Assembly (NCBI GenBank): GCA_963850315.1
Contig: CAWKKN010000001.1
Coordinates: 219,931 to 283,930, forward strand
DNA: 64,000 nt
Source: an uncultured Actinomycetes bacterium
Lineage (GTDB): Bacteria; Actinomycetota; UBA4738; HRBIN12
Direction of reading: 5' to 3'
Part shown: positions 61,307 through 64,000 of the stretch, one piece after another
Layout of the letters: each line of letters begins with the position of its first letter
Numbering within the stretch: the stretch's first letter is position 1
Translations under genes and position numbers: made by a program
Notes under the pieces: model-generated
Database searches by the model: none
What the model was told of the DNA's origin: nothing
Seen by the model: the letters and a program-made list of their open reading frames with translations, nothing else

Positions 61307-62149
61307 GTGCGATCGCTGGGCATCGACGTCGGCGTGAACAAGGGGCTCGACCTCGTCCTGTTGGACGAGCGGCGCGCGCCGGCGGTCGTGCGATCCCGCG
61401 CGGGGCTGGACGACGTCGAGGCCATCGTGCGCGAGTATGCGCCGGCCATCGTCGCGATCGACTCGCCGCCGAAGTGGGCGCGGACGGGCAAGAGCCGCCA
61501 CACCGAGAACGAGCTGGCACGTATCAACATCCACGCGTTCCGCACACCCTCGGAACCTCATTCCGGAGGTACGCAGTTCGGATGGATGCGCGCCGGGATG
61601 GCAGTGTTCGCCCTCCTCGATCGGCTCGGCTATCCGCTCGCGACGGGGCGCCCCTACCGCCAGCGCGCGATCGAGGTGTTCCCGCACGCCACGGCGGTCG
61701 TGCTCGCCGGATGCCTTCCGCCGCGCGGCGAGCGCAAGCGGCAGTGGCGCGAGCGCGTGCTGCGGATGCAATCCGTGCACACCGACGACCTCACGACGGT
61801 CGATCGTCTGGACGCCGCCCTCGCGGCACTCACAGGGCTGCTCGTCCTGGACGGCCACGAGTCGCACCTGGGCGATCCCTCCGAAGGTGTCATCGTGATC
61901 CCCACGTCGGCGCCGGCGCCCAGCTACCGTCCGGGGACGCTCGCGCGTGATGCCTCGGCGCAACTGTTCGCCTGGTGCGCCTGCGGCGAGGCCGGCTGCA
62001 CCCGGCAGGTGCCGGCGGGCAGCGAGTTCGCACCGGGGCACGACGCGAAGCGCAAGTACGCGCTGTGGCGGCAGGTGCGCGAGGGCGAGACCGCCCGCGA
62101 CGAACTGAGGAGGCGTCGGTGGGAACTCCCCCCCGAGACGAAGCGCTGA
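61307..62149 (+). CDS. DUF429-family (RNase H-fold) protein with a Cys-rich C-terminal extension
   Basis: GTG 61307. LGIDVGVNKGLDLVLL, IVAIDSPPKW, DRLDAALAALTG. C-terminal CACGEAGCTRQVPAGSEFAPGHDAKRK. Confidence 0.65.
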   Translation: MRSLGIDVGVNKGLDLVLLDERRAPAVVRSRAGLDDVEAIVREYAPAIVAIDSPPKWARTGKSRHTENELARINIHAFRTPSEPHSGGTQFGWMRAGMAVFALLDRLGYPLATGRPYRQRAIEVFPHATAVVLAGCLPPRGERKRQWRERVLRMQSVHTDDLTTVDRLDAALAALTGLLVLDGHESHLGDPSEGVIVIPTSAPAPSYRPGTLARDASAQLFAWCACGEAGCTRQVPAGSEFAPGHDAKRKYALWRQVREGETARDELRRRRWELPPETKR

Positions 62150-63270
62150 GGTTCGAGACCCTCGCGATCCACGCGGGACAAGATCCCGAGGCGCTCTTCG
62201 GCGCCGTCAACGTCCCGATCTACCAGACGTCGACCTACGTCCAGGACGAGGTCGGGATCCCGAAGCGATGGGACTACGCGCGCGGCGGGAACCCCACCCG
62301 AGCGGCATTCGAGGCCGCGCTCGCGGCGCTGGAGGGAGGCGAACGTGGGTTCGCGTTCGGCAGCGGGATGTCGGCCGAGACCACGCTGCTGCTGACCTTG
62401 CAGCCCGGGGACCACGTCGTGCTCGCCGACGATGTCTACGGCGGCACGCACCGCCTGCTGACGAAGGTGCTGGCTCCGTGGGGGCTCGCGACGGACACGG
62501 TCGACCTCACCGACAGGGGCGCGCTCCGCGCCGCCATGAGACCCCGGACGCGGATCGTCTGGATCGAGACGCCATCGAACCCGACGCTCAAGATCGTCGA
62601 CATCGAGGCCGCGGTCGCGGAGGCGCACGGAGCCGGCGCCCGGGTGGTCGTCGACAACACCTTCGCGACACCGGCGCTGCAGCGCCCGCTGGCGCTCGGC
62701 GCCGACGCCGTCGTCCACAGCGTCACGAAGTACCTGGGAGGACACAGCGACCTGATCGGTGGCGCCGTCGTCACGAGCGACCCCGAGTGGATCGAGCGGC
62801 TGGGGTTCCTCACGAACGCCGTCGGCGCGGTGCCGGGACCGATGGACAGCTACCTTGCGCTCCGGGGCCTGAAGACCCTCGCGCTGCGGATGCGCGCCCA
62901 CGGCGACGGTGCGGCGGCCGTGGCGGGGATGCTCGCCGCGCACCCGAGGGTCACCCATGTCCACTATCCGGGCCACCCGACGCACCCGGGCCACGAGATC
63001 GCGGCACGGCAGATGTCGGGCTTCGGGGGCATGGTCGCCTTCGAGGTGGACACCCCGCAGGCGGCCATCGCCGTGGCACGTCGCACGAAGCTGTTCTTCC
63101 TCGCGGAATCCCTAGGAGGGGTGGAGTCGCTCATCGAGGTTCCCGGCCCCATGACGCACGCGAGCGTGGCGGGCTCGGCGCTGGAGGTTCCGGCGACGCT
63201 CGTGCGCCTGTCGGTGGGCATCGAGCACCCCGACGATCTGGTCGCCGATCTGGAGCGGGCCCTGGGTTGA
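62119..63270 (+). CDS. Cys/Met-metabolism PLP-dependent enzyme (cystathionine gamma-lyase/gamma-synthase)
   Basis: GTG 62119 follows GAGGAGG. YARGGNPT, VVDNTFATP, SVTKYLGGHSD (PLP Lys), AESLGGVESL. Confidence 0.9.
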   Translation: MGTPPRDEALRFETLAIHAGQDPEALFGAVNVPIYQTSTYVQDEVGIPKRWDYARGGNPTRAAFEAALAALEGGERGFAFGSGMSAETTLLLTLQPGDHVVLADDVYGGTHRLLTKVLAPWGLATDTVDLTDRGALRAAMRPRTRIVWIETPSNPTLKIVDIEAAVAEAHGAGARVVVDNTFATPALQRPLALGADAVVHSVTKYLGGHSDLIGGAVVTSDPEWIERLGFLTNAVGAVPGPMDSYLALRGLKTLALRMRAHGDGAAAVAGMLAAHPRVTHVHYPGHPTHPGHEIAARQMSGFGGMVAFEVDTPQAAIAVARRTKLFFLAESLGGVESLIEVPGPMTHASVAGSALEVPATLVRLSVGIEHPDDLVADLERALG

Positions 63271-63274
63271 CCTG

Positions 63275-63907
63275 TTAGATGGTCAGCTCGCCGCCGTCGG
63301 CGAGCCCCACCGTTACCGAACGCACGCCCGGTGGCGCATCGTCGTGGTTGAGGATCAGGGGAAGCTCGGCGCCACCGAGCCACGCACGCAACATCGCGGG
63401 GTCGCCCGAGATCTCGGCGCGGACGATCCCGCTGGGGCGGATCCGGTGCTCGGCCCGGGCGCGCCCCGGGTGCAGTTCGGAGGGCACGTCCCACGCGATG
63501 AAGAACGGCAACCAGCTCGGCCGCCGCGGATCTTCGATCCCGGCGCCGCGCCAGCGCAGCGTCACACCGTCGGGCCTGGTGCGCGACCCTGCTTCCAGGG
63601 CGATCCCCAGTCGGGCGGCGGTCGTCTCGATGCCCTCGTCGCGCAAGCAGATCGAGAACCAGCGGTCACTTCCGTCCCGCGTGAGATCCAACAGGGTCCG
63701 ACCGAGCCGGGACTCGGTTCCCACCGCGGGATCCACCACCGACAGCAGTTCCACATAGTCGTCTCCGAGCGGCGCGATCCGGTTCGCCGTTCCCCATGTG
63801 GGATGCACACCGCCTCGGACGAAGTCGAGCCCCGTCCGCTCGAAGAGGCGGCCGCCCGCCTCGTCCAGGTCGGCGACCGCCAGCACCGCGTGGTCGATCC
63901 GAAGCAC
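63275..63907 (-). CDS. VOC/glyoxalase-like domain protein
   Basis: MLRIDHAVLAVADLDEA, YVELLSV, LPFFIAWD. Confidence 0.7.
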   Translation of the reverse strand: MLRIDHAVLAVADLDEAGGRLFERTGLDFVRGGVHPTWGTANRIAPLGDDYVELLSVVDPAVGTESRLGRTLLDLTRDGSDRWFSICLRDEGIETTAARLGIALEAGSRTRPDGVTLRWRGAGIEDPRRPSWLPFFIAWDVPSELHPGRARAEHRIRPSGIVRAEISGDPAMLRAWLGGAELPLILNHDDAPPGVRSVTVGLADGGELTI

Positions 63908-63917
63908 CGCAGCGTTC

Positions 63918-64000
63918 CTAGTCCTGCCCGGTTCTCGGGCGCTTGAGGTACGCGACGACGGAGGAGCCCCCGGTGGGGTTCTGGACCTGCGACACGCTCA
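63918..64000 (-). CDS. 3' end of an unidentified gene running off the right edge
   Basis: Open for 26 codons to the window end (..SVSQVQNPTGGSSVVAYLKRPRTGQD), stop TAG (complement of 63918-63920). Too short to assign. Confidence 0.25.
   Translation of the reverse strand, partial: SVSQVQNPTGGSSVVAYLKRPRTGQD

Overview
Very GC-rich chromosomal segment (about 70 percent by eye, not computed). It looks actinobacterial: F420-type enzyme families, three ECF sigma pairs, an Lsr2-like protein, many GTG/TTG starts, and frequent 4-nt ATGA/GTGA gene overlaps. I call about 60 protein genes. I saw no rRNA, tRNA, CRISPR, transposase or integrase.

Content, left to right:
- a DhaM-type EIIA-HPr-Enzyme I PTS fusion, a PgsA-like::SDR fusion and glpX;
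- a small AT-hook protein, an LLM oxidoreductase, an ECF sigma/anti-sigma pair, an NfeD-SPFH pair and an orphan pilT;
- an ArsR-like regulator divergent from Mrp/ApbC;
- a tightly packed minus-strand envelope operon: 7-TM protein, CPBP protease, tandem split-barrel protein, SRPBCC protein, PAP2::Lgt fusion;
- a complete four-subunit group-3b-type [NiFe] hydrogenase with its protease and hypFCDE, followed directly by PFOR (nifJ) and a PyrD-like flavoprotein;
- a PIG-L deacetylase, pepA, and a hut cluster (hutI, hutH, hutU) with an embedded lipoprotein;
- a visibly less GC-rich, partly decayed variable stretch at about 42.9-57.3 kb: methyltransferases, an alpha/beta-hydrolase pseudogene, DUF4386, F420-type reductases, two ECF pairs, a PadR-ABC-FtsX module and a phosphoesterase;
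- a convergent REC-EAL / REC-GGDEF pair;
- a cbs-DUF429-cystathionine gamma-lyase/synthase cluster.

Six conserved genes are broken by single-base frame changes. Five can be placed in short G/C runs and the sixth is not localised. I suspect assembly indels rather than biology.

No novel multi-gene system can be proven from sequence alone. The best candidates are the envelope operon ending in PAP2::Lgt, the hydrogenase-PFOR-PyrD-like supercluster, the two lipid-enzyme fusions, and the unknown genes embedded in the hut and transsulfuration clusters.
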